NCBI GenBank assembly: GCA_013239625.1
Contig: MU054323.1
Location: 13,935,950 to 13,999,949, forward strand
From: Lama guanicoe
Taxonomy: Eukaryota
Length of the DNA stretch: 64,000 nucleotides
Direction of reading: 5' to 3'
Each line of letters begins with the position of its first letter. Position 1 is the stretch's first letter. Of the stretch, positions 13,581 to 27,577 are shown piece by piece. A program made the position numbers and the translations under genes. The notes under the pieces are model-generated. The model was not told where the DNA came from. It saw only the letters and a list, made by a program, of their open reading frames with translations, and did no database searches.

Positions 13581-15825
13581 CTCTTTATTGGATTGGCAAA
13601 CCAGCATTTGCTCACTGTTACTCTCTTTGCTCCTGAGACAGATCTTAAAAATGTGTATTATTTAATTCCTTCTTTTTAATTAGGGGATAGCATGTTCCCT
13701 AATCTTTTTCTCTTAAAACTTCTATTGACCTCCTCTTTTCCCCCATCATTTTTGTAATGCAATCTGTATAGATTCCTTTTCTTTGTTTTTTTGATTTCCT
13801 TTAATTCTATTCCAATTTCCTTACTTTTTTTCTTTCTGTTTATGTTCTCACATGAATCACTTCTGCAAATGAAAGCTTCAATCTTTCGTTTTTTTTTAAG
13901 CCCATGACTTTTTCCTTGAAAAGATTTTAAAAATCTTTAAAAAATGTCATACTGTTTTGTGATGTCTTTTTTCAGCTTAGAATATATAAAAATTATATAT
14001 TTTGGTAACATTATGTATTTGTAGAAAGTTGGAAATGTGATGATATACTTTTGTTACTGAATTGTACTAGCATATGATAATCTGGCACAAATATTTATTA
14101 ATACATTAATGCACACATTTATTCATGAAGAAAGAATGAAATGATGGCATATAACAAAGCTGCAATACCAAAGAGTATAAGAAATGTTTTCAAAAGTTTA
14201 AAATACAAAATAATATCAAAGCTGTATAAAATTTTTAAAGGCATATTTGCAATAAGAAGATTAATAAAAAACAGTCTAGACATACTGTGTTTGGGTATTG
14301 ATATAATGTTTACAAATGACTAAGAGAAAGATCAGTTATTCAACTTCAACTCTAGTTTTCTTCTCATTTCTTTCTCAAAGAGACTTGACAAAATGGCTTT
14401 GAAGAAATATAAGCCAAAGGCAAAAGAAGAAATGTATTCAACCTTTCAGATGTGTATAGACTAACACAGGTATTAAACAACGTTGCACATTCTTGACTAA
14501 TTTAATTTTGAAGTGCTAGATGATGCCTGGTCGCTGCCTTGCCCAGTGCAGGGGCTCACTGCTGTTGACATCCTGAATGGCATAGACTGTCAGTAATCTG
14601 TGAGAAATCATGGAAAGTAAATAGAGGCCAGAACACTGAAGCAGGAAAATACATGTCTTCTGAAAGCTACGAAACAGTGAGTTTTCTGAAGATACCTAGC
14701 AGCTTGCTAGGATGGATTGGAAGCTGTCAGGTAATGAAGCATTGAGTCTGACCTGGAAGAATAGAGAAGATCTTAGACAAGTAACAAGATAAAAGTGAAA
14801 GATTCATTGAAATGGACACAGATTAATGAAAAAGTATTCTATAGATACATGATTTTTAATATTCTTAAACATATCATCTACATATACTATATATGTATTT
14901 TTTCTTCTTCTGTATGTACCCCACAAGCAAAAATTCTTCCAGTGAAATTTTAGTGGAAGCCCAGTGTGTAGAACTGCTAAGGGGAAAGGGGTGGAGAATT
15001 GGAAATTTTTATTCTTGTTATTCCCTTTCTTGCTCCTTCCATCTGTGGTAGCCCCAATGGGACCTCTAGAGAGCCCTAGATATAGTGGTTCTCAAATTAA
15101 AGTATGAATGGATATCAGTTGAAGTTTGTTAAAATTGAGGAATCTTCTTAAAAAGAAATCAACAACACAAGTGTCTCAGTGATGGTGTCAGGATTCTATA
15201 CAATTTGAAACCAGTAATGTAAAAATACACTTTTGTGTTCACAGTCTGCCAAGTAGATTAATAACCTGGGGTAGATGAAATTATGAAAGGCACTAACAGT
15301 TAACTAGTTTTAAGTTAAGATGGAGAGAGGTTTTTTTGTGGTGTCATTAGGGGTCATCACTGGTAAAATCCTTTTATTCATTCTTTCAGACTTGTATACA
15401 CTGGACATGTTCAGGATGATGGAACAACTGAGATTTTGAGACTAAATAAAACTGAACAAAAACAGTTCTATTCCTCAGCTTTTCTAGGAAGCTCACCCTT
15501 ATCTTGTCCCCTGGACAATTCAGCCAACACAGAAAGCAACTAATTCTCCTCAAACAATCTTACCTTGTCCCCTTTACTTCCCAGGGGTCATTGCCAGTTT
15601 AGTCCTTATAGTCCTCTCTTTTCATCATCCACCTGAATTTAACAGTTTCCCAGGTGCTTGTGTTCAATTATTCATTGGCATTTGAGTCTTACTATAGTAA
15701 TTCCCCTCAGCAGGTACTGCTGAATCATTTCCCTTCCTCTCTATTTTGTGTATATACATTTAGAAGTGAAATTTTCTCATTAGTAGCTACTTTGTCACCT
15801 TTTTTCTAGTTTCTTGATCTGGACC

Positions 15826-16387
15826 GTAGCTGTGCATCAGACACCCCAAGCATCAGGGTAATAAGGTTGGCTTGAATCCAGCTGGGGTTCAGATTTTAGG
15901 TACTATTCCTGAGCCTGTCAGATACATTTCTCAGATGCAGTCTCTGCTCTCCTCATGTACTTTTCTGTGCCACAGGGAACCTGACACCTGTAGGCTGTGT
16001 ATCATAGGCTTCATATCAGCTGACTTCCAACTCTGTTCACCGAAAATAAGTTTTGGTGGCAATATGGAACACGGGGAGGAAAAACTTCTCTTCCCATTCT
16101 GCTTCTAGCGGCATCTCTGACTAGACTGGGACCCTCCATGACTTCAGTTCCCTCCTAATAATGGGTCTGTCATGTTCTGGTTTCTGTCTCATGTCCCTGG
16201 CCTTAGGGTTCAGGTAACAATCACTTCTTCCTTTTGTCTCTCCAGCTCTAGGGTATAGTGGATTTTTGCTGTTGCTAATTTTGGGATTTCCTTGACTTCT
16301 CAGCTCCTCCATCACCTGTGTAAACAATTCCCTGACTTAAACTCTGAAGTGATTTCTGTTTTTCTGATTAAAACCTCACTGTTATAC
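15826..16387 (+). mobile_element. LTR33-like ERVL solo LTR
   Basis: Ends ATCACCTGTGTAAACAATTCCCT...GTGATTTCTGTTTTTCTGATTAAAACCTCACTGTTATAC, resembling the LTR33 3' end. Confidence 0.55.
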
Positions 16388-17362
16388 CTCACTACTACTT
16401 CTCCTTCTTCTTTTTCCCTCTTTCCCCTCCTCCTCCTTTTCCTCCTGTTCCTTCTCTTCCTCACTTTTGCAGATAAGAAATTTCTCAGCTTAAATTACAA
16501 GACCACAAATCTATTTCAGATTTTCCAGGGCAGCCAAATATGAAACCTTCTCCTATCCTCTTCCAGTCTCTTGAGATTACATTTCCCCATTAGTCAGGAG
16601 ATTGTTAATAGACTGAAAGGATTTTTTTTTCATGGTTATGATCATGGTCTGTTACCACTTAAAATAAGATGCAAAAGACTAATCACAAAGTATTTTTTTT
16701 TACAAAGTATTGAATTAGAATTATTTGATAATTATGTAGATGGAATAAGAAAGATGAGGAAGTCCAAATGCTGCTTTATTCAGGAGAATCTTGTGTCATT
16801 TAGGAGCAGAAGGCAAGTGCTGTTAGGCATTAGATGAGAAGAGTTGCTGGGACCAGCGATATGGTTTCCAAGGAAATGTGAATTCCTTTGTCTAGAGAAA
16901 ATCATGCACTTCTCTGAGAGTAGGCTTTCCTGAAGAAATTCTAAAGAGTCTGAGTGTCTTGCAGTGGAGATTCTTGATCTCCAGCTGAGATTTATCCCAG
17001 ATTTATTAGCTATGCTTATTGGTAGACAGAGCTTCTCAGAAAACCACAATCTTTACCCAGTAACAGAAATATCTTCATTCTAGTTACAGTATATGATAGT
17101 TAAGGATCATATTCCCTTGTCTTTCATTCCTAAAGAACGCTTCATCACCACCACCACACCACCTTTATACACACACACACTCACACCCTTACAAATGCAT
17201 ATACATGCATAGGAAGAAAGACACTAATAACACTGAAAAAACAACACTGCTTAAAAAAAATAATGTATACTAGGAAACATAAGATATGTTGCAAAGGTAA
17301 TTGATAAGATAATTTGGTAAAGTGGTTCAGTATAATATAAACATTCAAAAATCATACTTACT

Positions 17363-17920
17363 CTGTAGTATTAGTTGTGCTTCTATCAGGGAAGTGGAAG
17401 TACTAAGAATATTATGGAAGAAGAAATTTATTACAGGAATTTAACATTTTTCATTGTATGGAGAACTTGGAAAGTAAAGCTTTCAAAAGGAGAATCAAAA
17501 AGGCAGAGAAAAATGGCTAACCAATCCTGGTGCAGGTTTTTTCTAGCTTGCATGTTTGGACGATAGGTGTGTCTGGTCACTTTAATTAGAACCATGAAGA
17601 AACCTGGTATAGAAGTCCATAGAAGAGTGTGTAAATGCCAATAGATGATGGTTGGCTTTTCACGGCTGTTGCCTCTGTGAGTTCACAGTGAAATGCTGGT
17701 GGCAGGCAACTGTTCTCCAGTAGGACCAGTGGTCAGGGAGGAGAGCCTGGGAAAAACAAATACAAACTGAAAACCGCTTGCACCTCTGTTCAGAGCCTAA
17801 TGGCTGCTGCTTTGTTTATGCCTCCAAAATTTTATGCAACTTCATTTTTGGTCAACTCCAACCTATATGTATGTAAGGAAGGGGTTTGGGAGAAATATAA
17901 TTTGGAGCAAAGCCAAGTCT
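17363..17920 (-). mobile_element. Old ERVL LTR (LTR41/LTR52-like)
   Basis: TATTAGTTGTGCTTCTATCAGGGAAG...ATTTATTACAGGAATT start and AAGGAAGGGGTTTGGGAGAAATATAATT end. Confidence 0.45.
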
Positions 17921-17989
17921 AAAGTAGAGCAGTTGAGCTTAGTACCTAAAAAAATAGAAATGGGATAGTCTATTCTCAGTAGCAAAATA

Positions 17990-19530
17990 TCAACACATTA
18001 TTTAGTAATAAAGTTAACAAAAAGGGATAAGACTTGCATAAAGAACTTAATAAAATAAAATATACTTAATAAAGTAATCTGATAAGAGTGATTCTTCAAG
18101 AATGCCCAAGGAGTGATAGTGAGAAGTGACTTGCCTTAGAGAATCAGAACATTTAGTACTAAATAGAAAGCTTCTGCTCATAAATCATTATGCTCATACA
18201 CCATTATGGTATGGCCATAAGAATAGACAAAATGGAAAACATGGAAGGTTGAGACAATCCAAAAGTAGATCCTGATATATATGAACATTTAACATAAAAC
18301 AATGGTAAGGTTTCAATATAGAAGAAAATAATTATTTAATAAATGCATTATTCAGTAAATAAAGGCAAAGGGTTATTTCACAAAGTACAACTAGCTGTCC
18401 ACAAAGAAAAAATTTAAAAATGGACCTCTTTCTCATCCTATATTAAAATAATCTCCAGCTGGTTTAGATATTTAAAAGTTATAAATAGAATAAAAGTCTT
18501 GTAAGAAAACCCTAGAAAACCATGTGAACATTATAGAGTCAAGGGAAGGATACTAATACTCAGAAGTTACGTAAGAAAAGTGAGAACTAAGTGTATATAA
18601 TTTAGAAGTTTTCATTATGGCAAAGATACCACAAAGGAAGTGAATAAACCAACAATACATTTGAAAAAAATTTATAAATTAGAGGAAATTAGAGACTCAA
18701 AAAACGATGAGAATGATGTAAATGATAGAAAAGTAGCAACGAGTATGAAAATAATATTTACACCAGTGAAAATCTGCATGGTCAAAAATACATGAAAAGA
18801 TGCATACACATATTAGTAGGCAGGAAAAGGTAAAGTAATAGATTTCACTTTTTACTCTTCAGACTGGAAAATATTGAAATGAACATAAAATCTTTTGCTG
18901 CCTGGGCGTGAGAAGATTGACATGCTTATAAAATGCTGAAAAGAAATACGAAAGCAATCCCTTCAACATCTATAAAAAAATACGTCTGTGCTTATGGCAC
19001 AGTAATCCCTCTCCTGTTAATCTGTTCTATACAAAGGAAACTTTAAGTCCATAAGGATTATTTAGAAGTTTGTTTACATCAGCATTATTCAGAGTCGTGA
19101 CAAGTCCATCAATAATAAAATGGATAAATAAATTACTGTGCTTTCAAACTGCCCAAAACAATGAATGAGGGTTATGCTAAGTACTTTGAAGGATTTCTAT
19201 GAAATTGCATAGAAAAACAATAGCTAAAATGCTCTATATTATCCCATTTTTGTAATGTATTGCTAAAGCCTAGATATGGATATGTGTGTATATACATATG
19301 TATGTGTATATGAGAATGTGTACATGACTACATGAGCATGGAGAAAAAATATGAAAGGATACATTTAGGTTGTTAACTTGGGGAGGAGGCAGGAAGGGAG
19401 TTATGTGGATGGAGTGGGGAACAAGGGGAGAAACAAAAACATAAAGTATACATTAGAAATGAAAAGGGATGCATGATATGATCATATTTATTCATGTGTG
19501 TAAAATCAGAATTCTATGATGATGTGTATA
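17990..19530 (+). mobile_element. Old L1ME-like ORF2 3' part and 3' UTR
   Basis: Degenerate ORF2 motifs (TGGTATGGCCATAAGAATAGACAAA, CCAAAAGTAGATCC, AAAATACATGAAAAGATGC, GTCCATCAATAATAAAATGGATAAATAAATT); strong A bias. Confidence 0.75.
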
Positions 19531-19848
19531 AAAAGTTTTAAAACTGTTTGAGCCAAACTCTCAGCTGGTCCTGAGTGGATGGAGCTTTTCCATAACTTAC
19601 CTTTGTTTTGCCAAACTTTTCTAGAACCAAGAGGTTATGATGCTGGGGACAATTAAATTAAAGGTAGAAATGAACCCCAGGGCCTTTACCATTTTGTCTT
19701 TACCCAGCCTCATGCAGGAATACTCTGACAGCACCCGTCTCAGGTCTGCCAATCGCATGCCTTTTGCTGCCTGACTTCCATCTTCTCTTTCACAAGGGTG
19801 TGCAACATCCACAGGAACCCACTTAACACTCTTTAAGTGTTGATCTTG

Positions 19849-19849
<1 letters not shown>

Positions 19850-19892
<43 letters not shown>
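19850..19892. repeat. (GT)n microsatellite
   Basis: Direct reading. Confidence 0.95.
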
Positions 19893-19893
<1 letters not shown>

Positions 19894-21654
19894 AGTGGAG
19901 AGTCCTTTGACCAATGAATAAGTACCAATGGATAAATGTCTCACTTTTTTTCCCAGGTATACACACGTCCTAAGATGTATTTCTAATGACTTCTCATTCG
20001 ATCCTTTCAGTTAGAGCACCATTTTCCCCATAGTAGCAGTGACCAACTCCGTAGTACATTCTTGTATTCTTCTCTCTTATTCTCTTTTTCAGTTCCCTAT
20101 TCCTCATGCGTGACACCTTCGTCAAACTGCCTACTAAATTATTGGATGTAATCCTTTGTCTCTGGCTCTTTTTTTTTTTTTTTCCTTCCCTGAAGGAACT
20201 CAAGTAAAGATAGCTTCTGTTTAAAAAAAAAATAAAATAGGAGCTGTGTGGTCCCATTAAAGGAATAGGGAATAAAATGAATGCTTTTTTTTTCCACTAG
20301 AAAATGTGCTTTTGTGTCCTTTTATTTACTTCTTTTTAATATGAGTTTAGGTCTTTAGTTATTTTGTTGATTCCCTTTAGGTGAACAGCAGTAGGAGAAC
20401 CAAGTGTTCATTGATGGATCTTCAGTTAATTGCAGAATATACAATGGAGGGTAAAAGAATTCAGCTACTTTTGAATAAAGTGCCCTTGTAATTAAAAATC
20501 TGTTAGGAAGAACAGTCCTAATTTTCCTTTATGTGCCTTGAAAATGTGCCAGGAATTTAAGTCTTTCATCATTGCACAAGGTTTCTGGAGTTTAACAGTC
20601 CCTCAGTTCCTCAGTTAATTTTATGTCCTAAACCAAAATTACTTCTTTAGGCTTTCATTCCTTTTTTATGTCACTTAATTTAGTAATATTTTTTGGAGAT
20701 TGTTATTCTGATTATGCTTTTGTTATTTAATTATGTGATCTACTGTAACAGTTACCCTATCTGAAAGCAGCTTCTGAATAGAAAAAGAACTCTTTTTGAG
20801 ACTGATCTGGGAGCTTTCCAGTTTTACGCTCGTCTCTTTTGATCTCAAGGTTGTCCAAAGAATTATGTAGTGTTAATGGACATCAGAAACAAGGCCAGGA
20901 CTTGAGCTTCCTTTCTCTGTTGGATTCAATTATGAGAGCTCATCCAATTACTACCTCTGTTTGCTTAGAGGTTATCAGTTAGTGATAACAGTTTCTCCAA
21001 GGGCAGCATCCTAAACTCTTGTGGCTTCTTTTATATTTCTGTCATTTCGTTCTAGGCTATATCTATTTGAACTTTCTTCAAACAGAGAAAAATCTCTTAA
21101 AGGAAAACAGCAAATTTATACACGTTTGAATGTCAAACATTTTACTTCTTACAATTGAATTTTACTTCTAATTTTGAATCTGTGGGATTGCAAAGAAATC
21201 TGGTAGAAATAAACTCTTTCCAGATAGGTCTGGTCCCAGTTGCTTACCCTGGCACCATTAAAATGGACATCAGGAAAATTATAGTGCTATGACAAAGTAT
21301 GTAAGCCCCTGGATGTTGTTGTAAAATTGTCTGAGGTCAAATCCTAACTCACTTACTGCCTGAGTTTGACAAAGGTTACTTAATTTCTCTAAACTTCTAT
21401 GTCCTTATCTGTAAGCACAGATAATAACTGCAACTACCTCATCAAATTGCTATGCCCATAGCAAGTACTCAGTGATAACTATTATTATTCATTATATCTG
21501 CTAATGTAAACTATAGTCAGTGGCAATAAAAGCCCAAAGTATCTGTGGGTTTTTTTTCTTAATGATGAATGTGACCTGCCTTTTATATTTTTAAAATATA
21601 AGGAAGAAGGGAACAAAGAAACTTGGGACTACATTTAAAATGAATGCCTTTAGG

Positions 21655-21876
21655 AGAAGCAACACTGTGTGTTGGTTAAGATCGATGTATCTTGAGCTTA
21701 AAAGCCTGCGTTCAAATCCCAGCTCTGCCACTTATTAGATCTTAATAATACTTGAATGAGCTACTTAACCTCTCTGTGCCTGTTTCCTCATTCTGTAATG
21801 GGAGATAATTATAGTGATAACCTCATAGAGTTGTTTTGAAAGTTTAATTACTTGTTCTTAGAGTAGTGCCTGGCAC
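21655..21876 (+). mobile_element. MIR SINE (tail resumes after 22809)
   Basis: GTTCAAATCCCAGCTCTGCCACTTA...TACTTAACCTCTCTGTGCCTGTTTCCTCAT. Confidence 0.85.
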
Positions 21877-22808
21877 TGCTATTAAGCCACCATGATCTGA
21901 ACAAGCCCATGCTTGGTTTAATGTTATGCTGCCTTAAAATTCTTAATAATTTCTTTTTATTGCTGATAATTTTAAGCATGCATCTGAGCAGAAGAGGTGC
22001 ACATAATATGTGCGATCTCTCTGTTTCTTGCTGCTGTGTAAGTACATAACATTTGCAATGCCCCATGTCCAAGAATTCTAGTGGACCCAAATGCGTGGGA
22101 GATCAGCGAGACTCAAATCAAGTCCAGGTAAGTATATTATGTCTATGACTGGCTAAGTGAGAATGCTGAGAGTCCCAAGAGACCACAATTTTTGTTCAAA
22201 CCAGAACTTTTTTAAAGGCAGAAAGAAAGCAATGACATTCTAAGAAACACAATGACCAAAAATCTTATATTCTTTCTTACTCATGTTACTTCCTTGTATT
22301 AGCCAACCACTTATGCTGAAAATAATGACATAAAAAGAAAAGGAAAGAGCTCCTCATTCCTTTTCCTGTCCACCCTTATTCATTAGTAAGCTAAAGATGA
22401 AGAACACTGGTAGAAGTAAAAACAGTTGAATTATTTTTGCACATTGCTTTCTTTGTTCTAGCAAGAAAGAAATACATATGCACCTATGTCCTGTGAGACA
22501 TATGAATTGTGTAATTTTGATGATCATGTAGATAAGTGCTCTTATGTCTTCATTTTAAGCCAGCATTGTGCAATATAAAGATAGAAATAGAATTTATGCT
22601 TAAATGTTTTAAAATTAATTTTTCTTCACTTAGAATAACATTAAGTAGCAAATGAAAAACACCATGACAAGTGAAAGAGTGACCATGAAGAAAAGAAAAT
22701 CTTTTTGTTGTAATACCTTTGTCAGCATTTTCCTGTTGATTTTTGAACAGAGGACTCTGCATTTTAAATTTGCACAAGTTCCTAAAAATTATATAGCTGG
22801 GCCCCTTG
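21877..22808. mobile_element. MER45-like hAT-Tip100 DNA transposon inserted in MIR
   Basis: End TTTGAACAGAGGACTCTGCATTTTAAATTTGCAC...GCTGGGCCCCTTG; 8-bp TSD CCTGGCAC at 21869-21876 and 22809-22816; reverse-complement similar to 34117-35052. Confidence 0.75.
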
Positions 22809-23237
22809 CCTGGCACATCAAAGTACTATATATATTTTTTGTATCTATATAACTCAAGAAAGAATCAATGGATCCTAGATTTTTATATTGAAATATTATC
22901 TTACAAGGAAAATCCAGAATTTCCATCCCAGGAAAAGAATTATTCAAACATGGAAAGAAGGCTTACTCAGTATCTGAACCTGTCCCTATGAGTTTCACAT
23001 TCTTCATGGGGATGATATAATCATTGCTTCTAGATTGTAAGGTTTTTCTTCTGTACCACAGATGGTCCCAAATAGCCAGATGGGTAAGACCACATAGTAC
23101 ACACTTAGTTTATTTCTTTCACCATTTTTAAGGTACTTTCAGTATTCCTCAAAAGAACTCTGTAGCTTTCAAATACATTATTTCATTTAAGTCCCACAAC
23201 TCTTTTGAATTAGGCAGTGGAGAAGTCAAAAAATAAT

Positions 23238-23900
23238 GTGTGTGGCTGACTAGTTACCAGCATCCCCTGGAGGGGCATCACCTGCTGAGCTCATCACAAC
23301 CCAGGGTCTGACCCCTCAGTCTGACAGATTCAGAAAACAGACAGTGTCAGTTTCTCAGAGCTTTATTGGACTTAGACATGCTGATTCACATCAGCTAAAT
23401 CCACAGGAGAATAAAATATAAAATACAGAATGCCAATGCTGTAATTTATAGAAAGAAATGTAACTTTCCAGCACACCAGAACATTCCCTTCCTGTAGAAA
23501 AACATCCTGGGAAGCTAGATTATCAGTAGGTATCTTGTGAGCATGAAATCAGAGTAAGGAGAGTTGGCTGGATAACTCATATGTTTAACGGCATCAGACT
23601 CCTGTGGTCTGATAGATCTGTCTCGGCAATAAGGAGATTGGGCATGTTTGCATCATTTTATCTTCCTAGGACACTTTGTTCCCCAGTCAGTGCTGGAGAC
23701 ATGCTGATAATTCATGCCTTCCTTTCTCTTATACTCCTTGCTGACTGATTCATTTTCTGATGGACTCCTTCCTTCTTGAAATATGTGATTTTTAACAATG
23801 TAGTGGCAGCCAGATTCTTTTCCTTTCTGCTTCTGGCATAGGGAATACTTTTTCTTCCTTAAGGTGCTTTTCATATAAAAGGGATTTCATATAACTTATG
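23238..23900. mobile_element. Possible old LTR, family not assigned
   Basis: TGTG start, minus-strand AATAAA (CTTTATTG at ~23361), LTR-like composition. Confidence 0.3.
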
Positions 23901-24189
23901 CCAGTTTTAAGGTTTAACTCTTAGCTTTTAGGACTATTTTTTTTCATCCCTGCCTTCAGGCAATGCTGTCTTCATTTCATAAAACAGAAAGCAGTCCCAG
24001 GAAATTTTAATAACTTGGTCTGAGGAAGGAATCCACATGTTTACTTCTTTTCAGGGTTTTTATTTGTGTAGATGCAGGTATAATGTTCTTCCTACCATGT
24101 TATATTCTACCACATCTGCCTTCTTGAAATGTAAGTATTTTGTAATTTTAAGGCAGCATCAGATTAATTTACTACCAAACTTCTTGACC

Positions 24190-24620
24190 TGACCTACGAA
24201 ATACTTCAGAATCTGCCTCTTAGCTCTCTTCCTGACTACATCCCCCCCCCCTCTTACAACACACTCACCAGTTCTGACCTCAAAAATTTTATATGCGCTT
24301 TTCCCTTTTCCTGGAGTGTTCTTCCTTCAGATCTTCCCCGTGTTCCACACCTTCACTTCATTCAGAACTCTGCCCAAATTTAATCCCCTATCTAAAATGA
24401 CACCACTATCACCCTATCTCAGTACCACACTTTACTTTTCCTCATAGCACTTCACACTAAGTTTTTACATCTCATTTAAATTTTATATATTTATTTTTAA
24501 ATTTATTTTATTGTCTGACTCTTCTGCTGGAATATAAGCTTCAAAGGAGCTTTCTTTGTTTCATTCACTGATATATCCTCAGTCTTTTGTACAGTCTCTA
24601 TTGTGCTGGACTATTGTGGA
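24190..24620 (+). mobile_element. L2 3' region
   Basis: CCTTTTCCTGGAGTGTTCTTCC...TTCATTCAGAACTCTGCCCAAAT...CATAGCACTT...TTCACTGATATATCCTCAG. Confidence 0.7.
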
Positions 24621-25158
24621 ATAAAAAAGTGCATGTAGAGCGCTTAGCATCACTTCTAGTCTTTAAGTGGCTGATAAATAGTTGTTTTCTAACATCCATG
24701 CCCTCATTGGTTCATTTATCGAGCAAGTTTCTCTTGAGTGGTTAATTTGGGTACAAAGTGTTAAATATATGTTGACTGAAAAGAGAGATAAATGAATAAC
24801 CAACTACTATGGGGATTGCGAGGAGGAAAAAGTCACTTTCAGTTGTTTCAAGTTTCAGGAGAGGATTCATGGAGAAGATAGTATTTGAATTAGGTCTTGA
24901 GGGATGAGTTTGATTTATTTCTGGGGGCATGGGGTTAAAAGACATTCAATACACATTTATTATATATTCTGTAGCACTCTCTATTCTGCAGTTTTAGCAT
25001 CCTAAAAACGTTCTAGAAAGTAAGCTCCATGATGGCTATGTGATTCGCTTTGATTTATATAGTCTAGTATCTTGATATATCTAGTGTATACATGTCAAGT
25101 TACAAATATACGTGTGTATACATATACATATATTTCATTCAGTATATGTTAATATATA

Positions 25159-25386
25159 CAGTTGACCCTTGAATGGTGTGAGGGTTAAGAGGACTGACCC
25201 TTTGTGAAAGGCCGAGTATCACTTATAGTCAGCCCTCCCTGTAGGTGATTCCTCTGTATCTGAGGATCTGTATCTGCGGATTCAACCACCTGTGGATTGT
25301 GTAGTACTGTAGTGTTTACTATTGAAAAAAATCTGCATGTAAGCGTACCTGCATATTTCAAACCTGTGTTGTTCAAGGGTCAACTA
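25159..25386. mobile_element. MER8 (Tigger2-derived MITE)
   Basis: TIRs CAGTTGACCCTTGAA ... TTCAAGGGTCAACTA, TA on both flanks, internal GCGGATTCAACC...TGTAGTACTGTAGT. Confidence 0.9.
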
Positions 25387-26486
25387 TACGTATAATGGAT
25401 GAATAGATACAAACAAAAAGTAAAGTGTTACTAAATTTACAAAAGATGAGATTTTGATAAATATGACGCTAAAGATTTTAAATGAAGAGAAGAGGTAGAA
25501 GTTAGGTTTATTTTATGATTATACCTATGAGTTATTATTAGGGTTGTCAATGAGATTCAATTCTTAATTGTCAATTTAGAAATCCTTTTCTCTCTATAGG
25601 GGAAAGGTTGAATGATTATATACACAGTTTAGAATGAGTTTAAAGTTAGCATAAAAGTTTATTATGGAATGTTGATGTTAGTACAGTTACCTCATAATCA
25701 CTTTTTTAAAATTAGAGTTAACAGAAAATCAGTCAAAAAGACTCAGAAAGTTTGAATAGTTTCCCTAGTATAATGAAAACCTTATTTGTCTTGTGAGATA
25801 TTTAGTAGTTAAGCTCTGAGCCACTTTATTACCTTAGGATAATTTAAAATCCTATGTTTTTATGACAGGAAATACTCCTTCGGGAATACTTCATAGTAGT
25901 AGATTTCTGTACAATAGACACTGATGCCTCTTACATCTCCATTAGTCATATGTACAACACAGCATTTAAGCATTGTTTATTTTAGTAGCCAAGTCATTCA
26001 GCTAGTTTGTGGATGAGGAGGAAATTACAGTCAAATATTATGAATCTAAATGTGATTCTTATTTTACCTCAACACAGCAACCATGGCAAGGAAAACATGT
26101 CTAGTTTTTCCTTGGGAGATTTTTCTTTTCCCCTCTTACCTAGGCATCAGGTTATCAAAGTGCAAGTTTGCAAACCCTTGCTTTGGGGATAACCAACTGT
26201 GATGGTCATTCCAACACAACTACAGGGACAGCCTTGACAGTTCTAAACATTTCTTTGTTCAGCAGTTTACCTGGCAGAGCATGAAATGCAGTGAATGGTT
26301 AAATATTTTTAGGTAATCATTTCCTTTTATATTCTGCCCTTAAAAAAATGACATATGGCAAAGCTTGGTTTTACAACCTTATTATAGTTAGCATAGAATG
26401 TTTATTAATGGTGCCTAATAAATTATAATTTTCCAAACCTAGTTCAGTTAAAAAGAATGGTATAATTATTTATACAACTCAGCCAA

Positions 26487-26546
26487 TTAGAAAGTTGTAG
26501 CCATAGAATTGGCTATTGTTGTGTTAGAAAGTTGTAGCCATAGAAT
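26487..26546. repeat. Perfect 23-bp direct repeat with 14-bp spacer
   Basis: TTAGAAAGTTGTAGCCATAGAAT at 26487-26509 and 26524-26546. Confidence 0.95.
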
Positions 26547-27162
26547 GATTGCATATCACCAAATTCTGTTTACTTTCTCTCCAAGCCAATGCTATTTATA
26601 AAACTATTATAAAACATTTGGAATATTATTGAGCTTTTTAAAGATTGTAATTCCCCCATGTTCTAATTTGAAGGAGGTTATCTTTTGCAGGGTAATTGTG
26701 TGTGGTTCATTTGAGTTGTGGATGTGATGCTGAAAACAACTGGTGGCCAATAAATTAGGGAAACTCTGGATGCACTTTGAAAGCCAGTGAAGGGGAACAC
26801 TAAAGAGAGCCAGCACTGGATTAGATGGTGACTTCAGAGCCTTAGAATAAAGCAGAGAAAGGAAAAGCAAGGTGTTCTGCATGGTCTATCCTGGATATTT
26901 TAGATGGCAACCCCTTTGAATATCCATAACTTTGCCTTTTGGAAGTTTCCTGTTAGTTTCTATTTTTACAGATTAATTCTGGAAGATGAAAGTTACATGA
27001 AACTATATTATTCTAGATCGATTTCTAATTTTCATCTACTTATTCAGCAAACATTTTTAATGCATTTATTCATACAAGGTGTGTGGACATGGGTTGAGGG
27101 AGATGAAAAAGTCATTATTTTTCAATGAACTTTGTATGTGGTAATTCTGAATAGTAACTCTT

Positions 27163-27529
27163 TTTGATGGTTAATTTTGTATGTCAGCTTGACTAAGTCA
27201 TGGTATCCACATATTTGATCAAAAACTGGTCTAGGTTTTCCTATAAAGGTATTTTTAAGATGAGGTTAACATTTAAATCAGTAGACTTTAAGTAAAGCAG
27301 ATTACCCTGCATAATGTGTGTGGGCCTCATTCAGTCAGTTGAAAGACTTAATAGGAAACAATGGACCTTTACAGAAGAAGGAATTCTGCCAGCTAGCTGC
27401 CTTTGGTCTTGAACTGCAACTCTTTTTTGGGTCTCCAGCCCACTGGCCTGTCCTGCAGGTTTTAATTTACCAGATGGCACAATCATGTGGGCCATTTCCT
27501 GAAAAGAAATCTCTCTCTGTACATACGTC

Positions 27530-27577
<48 letters not shown>

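Noticed and set aside
19994..20257. 87-aa basic minus-strand ORF
   Set aside because: The Lys run derives from a poly(T) tract; no recognisable protein family.
25869..25892. Small hairpin with cUUCGg tetraloop
   Set aside because: The 10-bp stem has two mismatches and there is no larger structured RNA context; likely chance.
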